Shown piece after piece: positions 13,608-25,390 of a stretch of DNA of 64,000 nucleotides. This DNA comes from Octopus sinensis. Taxonomy: Eukaryota. The notes under the pieces were generated by a model, which saw nothing but the letters and a program-made list of their open reading frames with translations, ran no database searches and had not been told where the DNA came from. The number at the start of each line of letters is the position of its first letter. Within the stretch, counting starts at the first letter, position 1. The stretch lies in NCBI RefSeq assembly GCF_006345805.1, contig NC_042997.1, positions 32,426,001-32,490,000 on the forward strand, written 5' to 3'. Made by a program: the position numbers and the translations under genes.

Positions 13608-14010
13608 TATATTTTACTTGTTTCAGTCATTTGACTGCAGCCATACTGAAGAATTTTTATTTTATTTAATTGAAGAATTTTTAGTCAAATGAATCAACAC
13701 CAGTACTTATTTTTTCTTAAGCCTGGTATTCTATTAGTCTCTTTTGCTGAACCACTAGGTTACAGGGATGTAAACATACCAAGATCAGTTGCCAGTTGAT
13801 GGTGAAGGACAAACACAGGCACAAACAAACACACACACACACATGCACGCACGCGCAATGAGTTTCTGTTTTTTCTATCTACCAAATTCATTCACAAGGC
13901 TTTGGTCAGCCCGTGGCTATAATAGAAGATACTTGCCCAAGGTACCATACAGTGGGACTGAACATGGAACCATGTGGCTGGAAACAAACCTCTTACCACA
14001 CAGCCACACC
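13608..14010 (-). mobile_element. SINE family A, older copy
   Basis: Reverse-complement match to family A head and tail. Confidence 0.8.
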
Positions 14011-14235
14011 TAACATTTAATTTTAATGTTTTCAACCTCTTGAATTTTAGCAATCCCTCTGTTGACTGGCCTCCAAACCATTTTTCACCTCCTTGCACAG
14101 TTTCATTTCTTTTGTATGTAGTGTATTAACTGCTTTGGAAATTGCTGCTGTAGAAGAACCATAAACAGGATTTGCTATTATTTTATATTATTGGTGAGGA
14201 GGGTTGCTTTCGAACTAAAATGAAATGTGTTGCCA

Positions 14236-14568
14236 CATCATCATCATCATCGTTTAGCGTCCACTTTCCATGCTAGCATGGGTTGGACGGTTTAACTGGG
14301 GTCTGGGAAGCCAGAAGGCTGCACCAGGCCCAGTCTGATCTGGCAGTGTTTCTACGGCTGGATGCCCTTCCTAATGCCAACCACTCCGTGAGTGTAGTGG
14401 GTGCTTTTTATGTGCCACCAGCACGGGGGCCAGGCGAGGCTGGCAACGGCCACGAACGGATGGTGCTTTTTACGTGCCACCGGCACAAGGCCAGTCGGGG
14501 CGGCGCTGGCAACGGCCACATTTGGATGGTTCTCTTACATGCCACCGGCACTGGTATCTCAGCTGCAA
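14236..14568 (-). mobile_element. RTE 3'-UTR fragment (family C) with diverged internal repeat units
   Basis: (CAT)n tail at 14236, family C body, then about three GTGCCACC...GGCAACGGCCAC units. Confidence 0.85.
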
Positions 14569-15994
14569 ACAAGAAAATTGAAAAACATACAAAGGAAGTG
14601 GAAAGAGAATGCAATGTCTTATGTAGTTACTTATTTGTTTGTGTGTGTGTTTATATTTTATGTTTGATGCTTTTCTTAATTTTACTCCCCACTTCTCACT
14701 TTTATTTGTATTTTGAATATGTGATAAGAGATCAAAAAAGAGTTTAATCGCATGCATGTTTAACTAATTGAAAATAAATTGTCATTGTGATGGTAAGGAT
14801 GGTGAGGATCGGTCTTAAGAGGTCTCTTGACTTGCTTGAAATAGCAAGCAAATTTCCCTCAGATCTTATCCTATTGTCTTAAAGAAAAGACTGATAACAA
14901 TGATTGCTGTTAGTCCTCGAAACATTATGTGTGAAAACATAATTATGGAATGATCCCTGCCGATATGTCTCTGATAATCATCTGTGCGATCAGAGTGGAC
15001 TTTGGGGGCTAAACAGTAACAAGGAAACAAACGGAAAGCCAACAACACAAAACAACCACAAGAAAAACCTAATTTCACAGATTTTTCAAACATGACCTCA
15101 GCTTCTTTAAGAATATTCAATTTCATTCTTTCTTTCTTTGCAGTTTTAATAGCTTAGAGCTCAAGAGTAAATTTAATTTTAATCAAAAAAAATTAATCAA
15201 AAAAATCCACTAAGTATCTAAATTAGTTTAGCGATGAGCATCGTGTATATGTGCATGCATGTGGCATGTGTGCATGCATGTGGCATGTGTGCTGTTGCTT
15301 GAAGGGACGTGTCATTTAGCTTCAACTTTGTTTTTCCTGTTTTTAGCGTTGCAGATTTTTATTGAATTCAAACCAGTTTTGCATGATATCCATGTTAGTT
15401 TTTTCATTTTTATTTTATCGTTTTCTTTTCATTTCACTTCATAATCTTGTTGTTTACATTGTTGTTGTTATGGTGGTGGTGGTGGCGGTGGGTTGGCACA
15501 TAGCTTAAGCAGAAACAAATGAATTCTTTTTCAGTTAACAAAAACAAAGGTAAATGACAATAAATAATTATAGCTCAGTTTGAATGAACTAGTGTTTCTC
15601 TTGTTGACACTTCAGTGTATTTTCTGTTATGCTGTAAGTATTCCGACAATGCCTACTCAGCACTTTTATACAATTAAAGTCTGTGCTTATTTTGAATTCT
15701 GTATGTACAGAATTTTACATCCCTCACTTTTTACCCTGACTATCAATTTCTACTGCCAAAATGCAGCTGAAAATTTTCCTCATTTTCCTAATTCTAAAGA
15801 AGTAACAATAAGAAACTGCAAGCATACGGCCAGTCTGACAACGCCAATGACCAGTGTAAGTTTGAAGTCTTTGTCAACTTTTCTATTTCAAACAAAGTGA
15901 TATTTCCCCGTAGCCAAACATGTTTTCATGGAATATTGGAAATGAATAGCTGTCATTTACAACAGTCATGCAATGTCAACGCAAGGAGATACAA

Positions 15995-16380
15995 ACATAC
16001 ACACACTTCTTTCAGTGTCTAGCTACCAAATCCACTTACAAGGCTTTGGTCAGCCCAGAGCTATAGTAGAGGACACTTGCCAAAGGTGCCACAAAGGTGG
16101 GACTGAACATTAATCCTTTCGTTACCAACCCGGCTGAAACCGGCTCTGGCTCTGAGTACAAATGTCTTGTTTTCATAAGTTTTGAATTAAAATCTTCCAC
16201 CAAACATTAGTCACAATTTATGTTCCTAAAATTAACTGAATGATAACCAAGTTATTTTACTAAATTCTTTATTATATTTAAAATAATTGAAAGGAACATA
16301 GAGTATATCAAAATAAATACAGTAACAAAAGGGTTAAACCATATGGTTGGGAAGCAATCTTTTTAGCCACACATGCATGT
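15995..16380 (-). mobile_element. SINE family A 5' half interrupted by a TTAA MITE
   Basis: Family A sequence continues on both sides of 16110-16337. Confidence 0.75.
16114..16333. mobile_element. piggyBac-like MITE (family P1)
   Basis: TTAA at 16110-16113 and 16334-16337; termini (T/C)CCTTTCGTTAC ... GTAACAAAAGGG; second copy at 24762-24964. Confidence 0.85.
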
Positions 16381-16386
16381 CTGCTC

Positions 16387-16424
<38 letters not shown>

Positions 16425-16754
16425 TTGTGCAATAGATGTAAACAAAATCAATGTCACACAAGCAGTGTCATTCATCTGGCTATGGGGAAATATTACTTTG
16501 CTTTGAAACAAGTGAGGGTTAGTGACAGGAAGGGCACCAAGCTGTAGAAGATCTCTCTCAGTGAATTCTGTCAGGTCCATGCCAGTATGGAAAAGTAGTT
16601 GTTAGAACTATGACATAGTGTAGGACTATATTATTCAAAATATCCATTTTTTTTACCAGGCAGAAGTTTCATTTGAAGGATATTTGGCTGCTATTTCTAG
16701 CTAATCAATTAACTGCAAAAGTATATGTATATCCTATTGTGAATGTTTCTCTGG

Positions 16755-16817
<63 letters not shown>

Positions 16818-17351
16818 TGTGTGTGTATGTGTATAATAGCAGAGAAGATAAGTGGGAAGATTTCATTTGCAAGTCTGAGTAAGCTGTGTTTTAAAAAATA
16901 TCATTGCTACAGAGATGCTGTGATCATTGAATCATTAAATGGTACATCAGTTACTGTTGGTGCTACTACTACAGACTTCAGCAATACACCCATCTTATAG
17001 ATATACATGAGTGAAGGCTGAGATCCACTTAAGCTTTCTTCCTGTCAGATGATGCATGCATAGTTTATAAGGTCCATTAGTTTGCTTTAAAGCATAAGTA
17101 TCATCAAACTGTATACTGAATTAATCACAGGAACCATCCTCTTATAGCTTAATCATCGTCATCAGCTGCAGTCATTAATCAACACTTATGAAAAATCTTC
17201 GTTTATAGTAAACCAATTGTGGCAAATTTAATATTTTGTAATGACATGAAGAATATATCATTAACTCAGTTCTCACCCCACTTAATATTTATACCCCTAT
17301 TGACTCTGTAGCATGTGTGTTGTTAGTCTCTTTTACTAGTTTCAGCTATTG

Positions 17352-19859
17352 CAGAGGTGGGCAGTTGTTTTGGCTCAGGAGCCACTTTGAGAGGGCCATG
17401 GTTAGCGGAGGGCCACACCTTCTATAACTGATCATGTTCATTAGTTAACATTACATTTCATTTAATGCAAGGTGTAAATTACATAATAATAATAAATAAA
17501 TATTACGGAGATGTACTTGCATAGCGAGTGACTTGAGATGCAGCACGAAGTTTCATCAGTGAACAGGTCGCAGTCTCAAAGCGACGAAAATATTTTGACA
17601 AATTAAATTTAAATGTTGACGGGAATCTAATGGTTTTTGTGTGTTTCTTAAATGGCTTATAAACACCTTCCACGCTGCAATTGTTTAATAAATAAATAAA
17701 ACTAAAACAATTGTGGTACACAGAAAAGATTTCATTAAATTTATTTATGTGCAAATTACACATCAGCCAGCACAAGTAATTTAATGAGACAAATGTAACC
17801 TGTGACACTTATTCACAATTCTTTTGAAATCAGGCGTGAGGTTGCTTGTTGAGATCCTCATCACTACCTGCAAGTTTATGTCAGTCACAGAGGATCTATT
17901 TTTATTCTTGTTGATTTTCATGCAAGAAAAACTTTGCTCACAAATATATGTGGGTCCAAAAATAGAAAACATTTTCCCAGCAATTTTGTTCACACATAGA
18001 AATTTGTCAGCTGATAGACATTTATAAAATTCTGTCAATGTAACAGAATTAAACATTTCTTTCAGTGTGTGATCTGGCTGTATGTCAATTTGTTCAAGCT
18101 GTACCTCCTCAGGTTTTGTATCAATATCAGCAGTGAAAGGATAAGAAAAATATTTAAATCAGGCTCAATTTTCTTAAGATCCTCAAATCTTCTTGTGACC
18201 TCATCCTCCTCCAAACTCAGCAAGTGTTCCCTAATCTTGGAAGAAACACTTGCAGGCACTTCCTGTTTTCTTAATAAAGGTAAATAACAAAACTTGCCCT
18301 CACCTGCTTGCCTTGCAAATAGACCTAGTATTGTTTTGAATTATCTCAGATGCCTAAACATTTCATGTACAGACAACCCCTTTCCCTGCAATGTCACCTT
18401 CAATTCATTTAATTTCTCAAACATATCAGCTGCAAACATTACCTCATTTCTCCACTCCTCACATCCCATTTTGGCCATAAAATCACACGAAAGCCCCTTC
18501 ATGTCCAGAAAGAGGAGGATTTCATTCTGTAATTCCCATTCCCAAACCCGTTTTAGCATTTTGCCCAGGCTCAGCCACCAAACAGTGTTGTGGTAAATCA
18601 CATCTCCATACTCTGCCTCCATATCCTCAAGCAGAGATTTAAATTGTCATGGGTAGAGTGCCCTTGCTCTGAATTTGTTCACCCTGCTTACTACAGGATC
18701 CACCACATGCTTTAGGTACAGTGCAGCTTTACAGAGGCTTTCCTGATGCAAAATACAATGAAATGACAAGATATCACTATCTGAGTGTTCTGCTTTTAAC
18801 TTGTTCACTAAAAGTTTAATCATACCCATATTGTTTCCAATAAATTCTCTGGCTCCATCTGTTGTAATACTCTATTATTTTATTATTCTATTATGGAATA
18901 TTCTATTCCATGACAAGGTACTTTTCTCCACACAATCCACAACACATTCAAACAAGTCCTAATCAGTGGGTGTATTTTCTATTGATTCCAAACTAAGTAG
19001 TTCAGCTGTGATGATGAAATTTTCATCAATTCCACAGACACAGATAAGTAACTGTGCTGTGTCTTGGTTATCAGTGCTTTCATCTAGTCCCAAAGAAAAC
19101 CAAACAAAATTTTTACTCACTGTTCAGCTGTTCTGTTAGTTCATCACAAATTATGTCCATATGCCACACCATAGTCCTTCTTGATAATGAAGTGGTTTCG
19201 AATTTGCTTCTTGCATCAGAGCACAGGACTCTTGCGCAATCTACCAGGCACTGCTCAACAAACTCACCATCATAAAATGGCTTGTTGTTTTTAGTGAGGT
19301 TGTATGCTACAATGAAATAAATATGGTCTGTTGCTTCTTCAGCTTCGTAAAACACTCTGCAGCGTTTTTCCTGCGTTCTTCCTCAGACATTTCTCTACCA
19401 AACTCACCATGTTTTGTTTGGTGGTGGTGTTTCAAACTGTATTTTTTTTAATACAGCAACATCATCATCGTTTAACGTCCACTTTCCATGCTAGCATGGG
19501 TTGGACGGTTCAATTGGGGTCTGGGAAGCCCGAAGGCTGCACCAGGCCAGTCAGATCTGGCAGTGTTTCTACAGCTGGATGCCCTTCCTAACGCCAACCA
19601 CTCCGTGGGTGTAGTGGGTGCTTTTTATGTGCCACCGACACAGGTGCCAGACGAGGCTGGCGAATGGCCACACTCGGATGGTGTTTTTTATGTGCCACCA
19701 ACACAGGTGCCAGACGAGGCTGGCGAACGGCCACGCTCGGATGGTGTTTTTTACGTGCCACCGGCACGGAGGCCAGGCGAGGCTGGCACAGCCACGATCG
19801 GATGGTGTTTGTTACGTGCCCACAGCACGGAGGCCAGTCTCATAAATTGCCCACCCCTG
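17352..19859 (-). mobile_element. hAT DNA transposon (GTF2IRD2/SPIN-like transposase, pseudogenised)
   Basis: TIRs CAGAGGTGGGCA (17352) and TGCCCACCCCTG (ending 19859). 8-bp TSD AGCTATTG / ACCTATTG (7/8). Minus-strand motifs KPFYDGEFVEQCL, SLSRRT, DESTDNQDTAQLL, TTDGA, FHCILHQESLC, WLSLGKML, and dimerisation-domain FGPTYICEQSFSCMK...RSSVTD. Confidence 0.92.
19460..19840 (-). mobile_element. RTE 3'-UTR fragment (family C) with about 3 VNTR units, nested inside the hAT
   Basis: Family C body plus repeats of GTGCCACC(G/A)ACACAGGTGCCAGACGAGGCTGGCGAA; ends about 20 nt inside the hAT TIR. Confidence 0.88.
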
Positions 19860-20431
19860 ACCTATTGGAATGTAGCCATGCTGACACACTGCCTTTTCAG
19901 GGTTTGGTCATTTGTCAGTCATATCACCCCTCTGTACCTATTTCATTCTGGTATTTAATTTATCAATTGCTATTTAGCAAACTATTTAGTTACAGGACAT
20001 AAATGGACACAAAATATACAACACAGGATTTTAGACTGGTGTAAACAAGAACACTGACACACATATACAACAGGCTTCAGCACATTTTCTGTTTATCAAA
20101 TTCCACTCATAAGTTATTGGCCAACTTAAGGCTGCAGTAGTAGAAAGCAATTTAGCTAAAGTGCCAAGCACTCATACAGAACCCTAAACCATTGTATGGC
20201 AAGGCAAAGTTTTGAATCACATTGCCAAAATATGTAAATTAGTTATAAATAGAAAATTTTTGTTTAAGTTTTGAAATTATAAAGGTGATAAATTGACAGA
20301 AGTGTTAGTGTCTTACGGTATTTGTTTTGGCACCATTACATTCAGAGTTCAAATTCAACCAAGGTCAACTTTGCCTTTCATCCTTCTCTGGTCATAAAAC
20401 AAGTATATGTTAAGTACTGGGGTTGATTTAA

Positions 20432-20656
20432 CCTTTTAGCACTCAGATTACTGTTAAATTTCATGCTTCACTTATTTATTCACACTGGTTTAAATTAATC
20501 CTGCATTATCTTATTCATAACTTCAAGATTTTGATGGTGTGACTTTATTTTTAGAACGATATTGAAGGATAAGTGTGAGAAGCCAGATTTGGCTAATTTG
20601 AACATAAAACAGGTTGAATACTTGAGCCAAATATGGCCAGTCCAAATGTTAATGGG
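20432..20656. mobile_element. piggyBac-like MITE (family P2) inside a family B SINE
   Basis: TTAA (20428-20431) + CCTTTTAGCA... and ...TGTTAATGGG + TCAA (20657-20660). SINE sequence GGGGTTGAT|...|TCAC resumes on either side. Confidence 0.65.
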
Positions 20657-22309
20657 TCAATCACCTGGTCTATGCCTACAAGCAATGAGCTAACATGGTA
20701 GGGTCCAATATCCCCATCCAACTGATTGGAGTACACTGCCATCACATCAGTATTATCTCTCAGTAACACCACATCATCATCACCATCTCATCCACTTTTC
20801 CATGCTTGCATGGGTCAGATATAATATATCAAGACAGATTTTCTACAACTGGATACCTTTCTTATTGCCAAGCGTCACCTGTTTCCCAGCGAGGTAATAT
20901 ATTTCCTCATGGCCAAACCTGTTTTTGCAAAATATTAGAAATGAACAACATTCATGTAAAACAGTCATACAATATCAAGAACTGGAGACACAGACACATA
21001 CATAAACACTCACACAGACACATGTTTCTTTCAGTTTCTATCTATCAAATCCTTTCCAAGGCTTTGGTTGGCCCAGGACTGTAGTAAAAGACATTTGCCC
21101 AAGGTACCACACAATGGGACTGAACCCAAAACCTGTGATTGGGAAGCAAACTTCTTAACCTCACAGCCATGTCTGATTATATTGCAAATACATTACACAC
21201 ATACACAATTTATTGTTCACTCAGATATACACATATAAGTGTGTGTGTGTACATATATCCCACCCATGTTAGCATGGAATATGGACATTAGATAATGATG
21301 ATGATATATATATGAATGAATGATAGGAAGTGCTCTAAAAATGGTAAAGCACAAGAAAAAAAGACGTTTGAATTGCAAATTAATAGATCTAAGATGGTGT
21401 TTACAAACCAATATTGTGAGTCCGAACAGCTGAAATTGAAATATGAATTCGAGTTGATGAAATGAAAATAGGAGTGGGAGAGAATCTATTTAAAGACAGA
21501 AATGAAAATCTAAGTTAAATCATAATTCAATACTGAAAACAATTTGAATCAAATGAAAAATTATAATTAAATGAAAATAACGAGAATAAAATTCTTTATT
21601 GATTCAGATTTAATTTGTTTTGAATTACAATTTAAGTTTAAATTTCAATTCTGTTTTTGTTTTTTTTTTTGTTTTGTTTTGTTTTGTTTTTTTTGTATTC
21701 AGTCCTGCCCCCACTCCTATTTTAATTTCCTTAAATTATCACAGTATTGTCATTTGAAATTTCAAACAGAAAAACAAAATTAATAAAATGTAAAAAAGAA
21801 AGAAATAACTTAAAATTGAAATTTCTATCAGTGATCAGCTCACAAACACATATGGGTTTGGCTGTACAAACAAGTGAAAAATTATTTCATACATACAGAA
21901 GAATCTATTAATTTAGTCAAAGAAGGCAACAAACCGGCTAAATTGTTAGCAAGTCTGGACAAAATGCTAAGCAACAGTTCATATATCCTTGCATTTTGAA
22001 TTCATATTTCACTGAGTGCAGTTTTGACATTCATCATTTTGAAGTTGATGAAATAAGTACCAATTGAGCTCTGGGGCAATGTAATTGACTAACCCCACCA
22101 TCTTTCAGAATTTCAGACCTTGTGCCTATAGTTGAAAGGATTAATTTAATCAAAGGTGAATGATTCACTCCCCTGCTATTTTGAGTTTTCTGTGCATTGG
22201 AGTTCAGATTGCCCTATGAATGGGAAAATTCAAACAACAGTGGATTAAACCATTTGCTTCAAATAAATGACAAGTGTGTTTGTGTACATACAACACACAT
22301 ATCACTTTT

Positions 22310-22700
22310 GAAATGCTCCGATGGATGTGTAATGTCAGTGTGCATACTCGACAGAGTGTAAGTACCTTGAGAGAAAAGTTGGATCTAAGAAGCATCAGAT
22401 GTGGTGTGCAAGAGAGACAACTGTGCTGGTATGGTCATGTGGTGAGAATGAATGAAGATAGTTGTGTTAAAAAGTTCCACACACTAGCAGTTGAGGGAAC
22501 CTGTGGAAGAGATAGACCCAGGAAGACCTGGGATGAGGTGGTGAAGCACGACCTTTGAGCATTAAGCCTCACCAAGGCAATGACTAGTGACCAAAACCTT
22601 TGGAAATATGCAGTGCGTGAGAAGACCCGGCAAGCCAAGTGAGACCATTACCCGTGGCCTATGCCTAGGGTGTAACCAGCCCACTTATGCTTACCTTTCC
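22310..22700 (+). mobile_element. RTE-clade LINE ORF 3' end plus start of 3' UTR
   Basis: EMLRWMCNVSVHTRQSVSTLREKL...LCWYGHVVRMNEDSCVKK...GRDRPRKTWDEVVKHDL is a typical RTE C-terminus. Similar fragments at about 24020-24425 (+) and 28660-28880 (-). Confidence 0.88.
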
Positions 22701-22999
22701 TTTCTTTCTCTCTCTCTCTCTCTCTGTCAAGTTTTGCATAGGAACTCTCTGACTTAGCCATGGCTGAAGAACCTAGATTAAAACTGCATTTGATCCCTGG
22801 AAAAGGATGAATTTTCTATTAACAATTGTTTTGTTGATTACATACTATCACATACATTCTACACCACAGAAATATCTATATAAATAATGTTTGCATTTCT
22901 ATTTCTTAGTTTAATATTTTTAATTAAACTTTCACGATAAAGGCCTAATTACATGTTATTGTGTGCTTAATAAAGATTTATTTAATATACCCTTGTTAG

Positions 23000-23195
23000 T
23001 TTACAGTAACCGTCCAGAGTATGTTGGTATCTGTGAGGTGATAAGTAGTGTTAGGCTTGAGAGGTATTGATTGAGGTAGTGCTGATTGCAGTAGTGGTGG
23101 ACTACATTATCTAATGTAGCCTTTATTTGAGATGGGAGAGTGTGATTAAAGGGAAATTTGACTGCTATTTCTAGCAGATCTACCAACCACATAGA
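23000..23195 (+). repeat. Old dispersed repeat (working family G, signature ATTTGGCTGCTATTTCTAGCAGG)
   Basis: Signature recurs near 8905, 14835 (-), 16680, 52440 (-), 52806 and 56695. Class not determinable from this window. Confidence 0.55.
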
Positions 23196-23196
23196 C

Positions 23197-23411
23197 CAGA
23201 TATTCCCAATGTGTGGCATACACCTCTGAGAAAATTGTGGTGGGGTGCAGGATCCTTTTTTTTATTTTTGCTTTTAGTAGGACATGGAATTGTGAATTTT
23301 TTTTTTTTTTACAGCAAGCATACTACACCTGTGTGTTTTTCCAACCACTGGTAGGGCATTCATTTTTCTAGAACATTATAATGGGGCCTGGGGTAAAATA
23401 GGGAAACACTG
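23197..23411. mobile_element. Non-autonomous hAT (Charlie-like) MITE
   Basis: Ends CAGATATTCCC / GGGAAACACTG; flanking 8-mers ACATAGAC (23189-23196) and ATGTAGAC (23412-23419), 6/8, NNNTAGAN-type. Confidence 0.6.
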
Positions 23412-23574
23412 ATGTAGACTTTCTCTCATTGATTTCAACAAATACTGTTTTTTAAAGCTAGTCTTCATTGGCTAGATTTGTGTATGAGGTGGAAGATGTT
23501 GGATTGTGGTGGTGGAGGTCACTGCTGACAACAAAACCAGAATCATTTACAGATTAAATGATGTTCATAAGTTT

Positions 23575-23962
23575 TTCCATACATCATCCTGTGATGCACC
23601 TTGATCCATCGTTAATGATGTTTCCTGGGGAGTCATTAAGTGTTTAAAGTCTTTCATCAGACACCTTCACTTAGGTGATCCAGCTAGTTTTTGTCCTGTT
23701 AGCACTACCACAAGTAACACTGCTCCTTCTATGGTTCATATCTCCTGTCCACAGCCACCTTGAAGCAATCTCTACTGTCTGATGGCCTTCTTATTGGCTC
23801 TAGCGATGTCAAGCTTGTTGTAAGCTCTACGGAGGGATTGGCCTGCAAAACCCCTGTATCCCACTTTGATGGGCTCACACCCATTGCTTTGGAATCGATC
23901 CACCAGTTTAGTATATTTCCTTCCCTTGCTCTCTATTTCTCACAAGTTTGTAAGGAGGAGTA
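23575..23962 (-). mobile_element. 3' fragment of a restriction-like-endonuclease (HERO-like, R2 superfamily) non-LTR retrotransposon
   Basis: Minus strand LLLTNL*E...KGRKYTKLVDRFQSNGCEPIKVGYRGFAGQSLRRAYNKL resembles the ELTVPWE...K..KY..L...PIEVGCRGFAGQSL motif as I recall it; followed by a short 3' UTR. Confidence 0.6.
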
Positions 23963-24761
23963 GAGGAGTAATAGTCTGTGGTTGAATTGCATGACACACC
24001 TGCTACTAATTTGTGAAAGGAACCCGTGGAAGGAGTAGACCCAGGAAGATGTGAGACAAAGTGGTGAGAAAGGATCTTTGGATGCTGGGCCTCAATGAGG
24101 ATATAGCAAGAGATCAGGAGTTGTGGAGTTTGTTGTACGTGAGAACATGCATCCTGCTAAGTAAAAACTCTGTCAACCATACATACAGGTTTGTCCTCTA
24201 CAGGTACCTGTGCAGTGTAAAATGCACTCATGCCAATGCTGTGTAAATGCATTCATGCCAGTCGCACGTAAAAAGCACCCAGCACACTTTGTAATATGGT
24301 TGGTGTTAGGAAAGGCATCTAGCTATAGAAACCTGGCCACAACAGACAATTGGAGCCCAGACAGCTCCATGTCAAATCATCCAACTCATACCAGCATGGA
24401 AAACGGACATTAACTGATGATGATTAGAGGATGAAAGGCAAAGTCACATCAACATATCTTGAATCCAGAACACTGATAGGGCGTGGGGGTGGGTGGTGAA
24501 ACTAAATGCTACGTAGTATTGTATAACAAGATAATATTGACTTTTAATATCAGTACACAGTTGGAAATTTTAGGTGGGGAAACAACCAACTAAATTGAAC
24601 CTAGTATATTGCTAGAATATTGGTTTCAAATTTTGGTACAAGGCCAGCAATTTCGGAGGAGGAGGTACACCAATTATATCAACCCCAATGTTCAACTGGT
24701 ACTTTATTTTATCAACCCCAACAAAAGGATGAAAGGCAGAGTTGACTCTGATAGCATTTAA

Positions 24762-24964
24762 CCCTTTTGTTACCAACCCGGCTGAGTACAAAATTTCTTG
24801 TTTTCATAAGTTTTGAATTAAAATCTTTCACCAAACATTAGTCACAATTTATGTTCCTAACACTAGCTGAATGATAACTAAGTTATTTTACTAAATTCTT
24901 TGTTATATTCAAAGTAATTGAAAGAAACACAGAACATCACAAAATAAATACAGTAATGAAAGGG
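24762..24964. mobile_element. piggyBac-like MITE (family P1) inside a minus-strand family B SINE (about 24600-25015)
   Basis: TTAA at 24758-24761, CCCTTTTGTTAC ... AAAGGG, TTGA at 24965-24968; body matches 16114-16333 apart from a short indel. Confidence 0.85.
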
Positions 24965-25017
24965 TTGAGCTCAGAGTGTGAAGATGGATGCAAAGCTGCT
25001 AAACATTTTGCCCAGCA

Positions 25018-25390
25018 TACTCTTTTACTCGTTTCAGTCATTTGACTGCAGCCATGCTGGAGCACTGCCTTTAATCGAGCAACTCAACCCTGGGACTTAT
25101 TCTTTTGTAAGCCCAGTACTTATTCTATCGGTCTCTTTTGCCGAACCACTAAGTAACAGGGACATAAACACACCAGCATCAGTTGTCAAGCAATGCTAGG
25201 GGGACAAACACACATATATATATATACATATATACGATGGGCTTCTTTCAGTTTCCGTCTACCAAATCCACTTACAAGGCTTTGGTCGGCCCGAGGCTAT
25301 AGTAGAAGACACTTGCCCAAGGTGCCACGCAGTGGGACTGAACCCGGAACCATGTGGTTGGTAAACAAGCTACTTACCACACAGCCACTT
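25018..25390 (-). mobile_element. SINE family A
   Basis: Full-length reverse-complement copy. Confidence 0.9.

Noticed and set aside
23640-23670. CTGATGA on the minus strand in the HERO-like 3' UTR; also CTGAAGA-ACGA-GAAAC at about 54500-54518 (-)
   Set aside because: The first has no GAAA. The second has no valid NUH or stem III.
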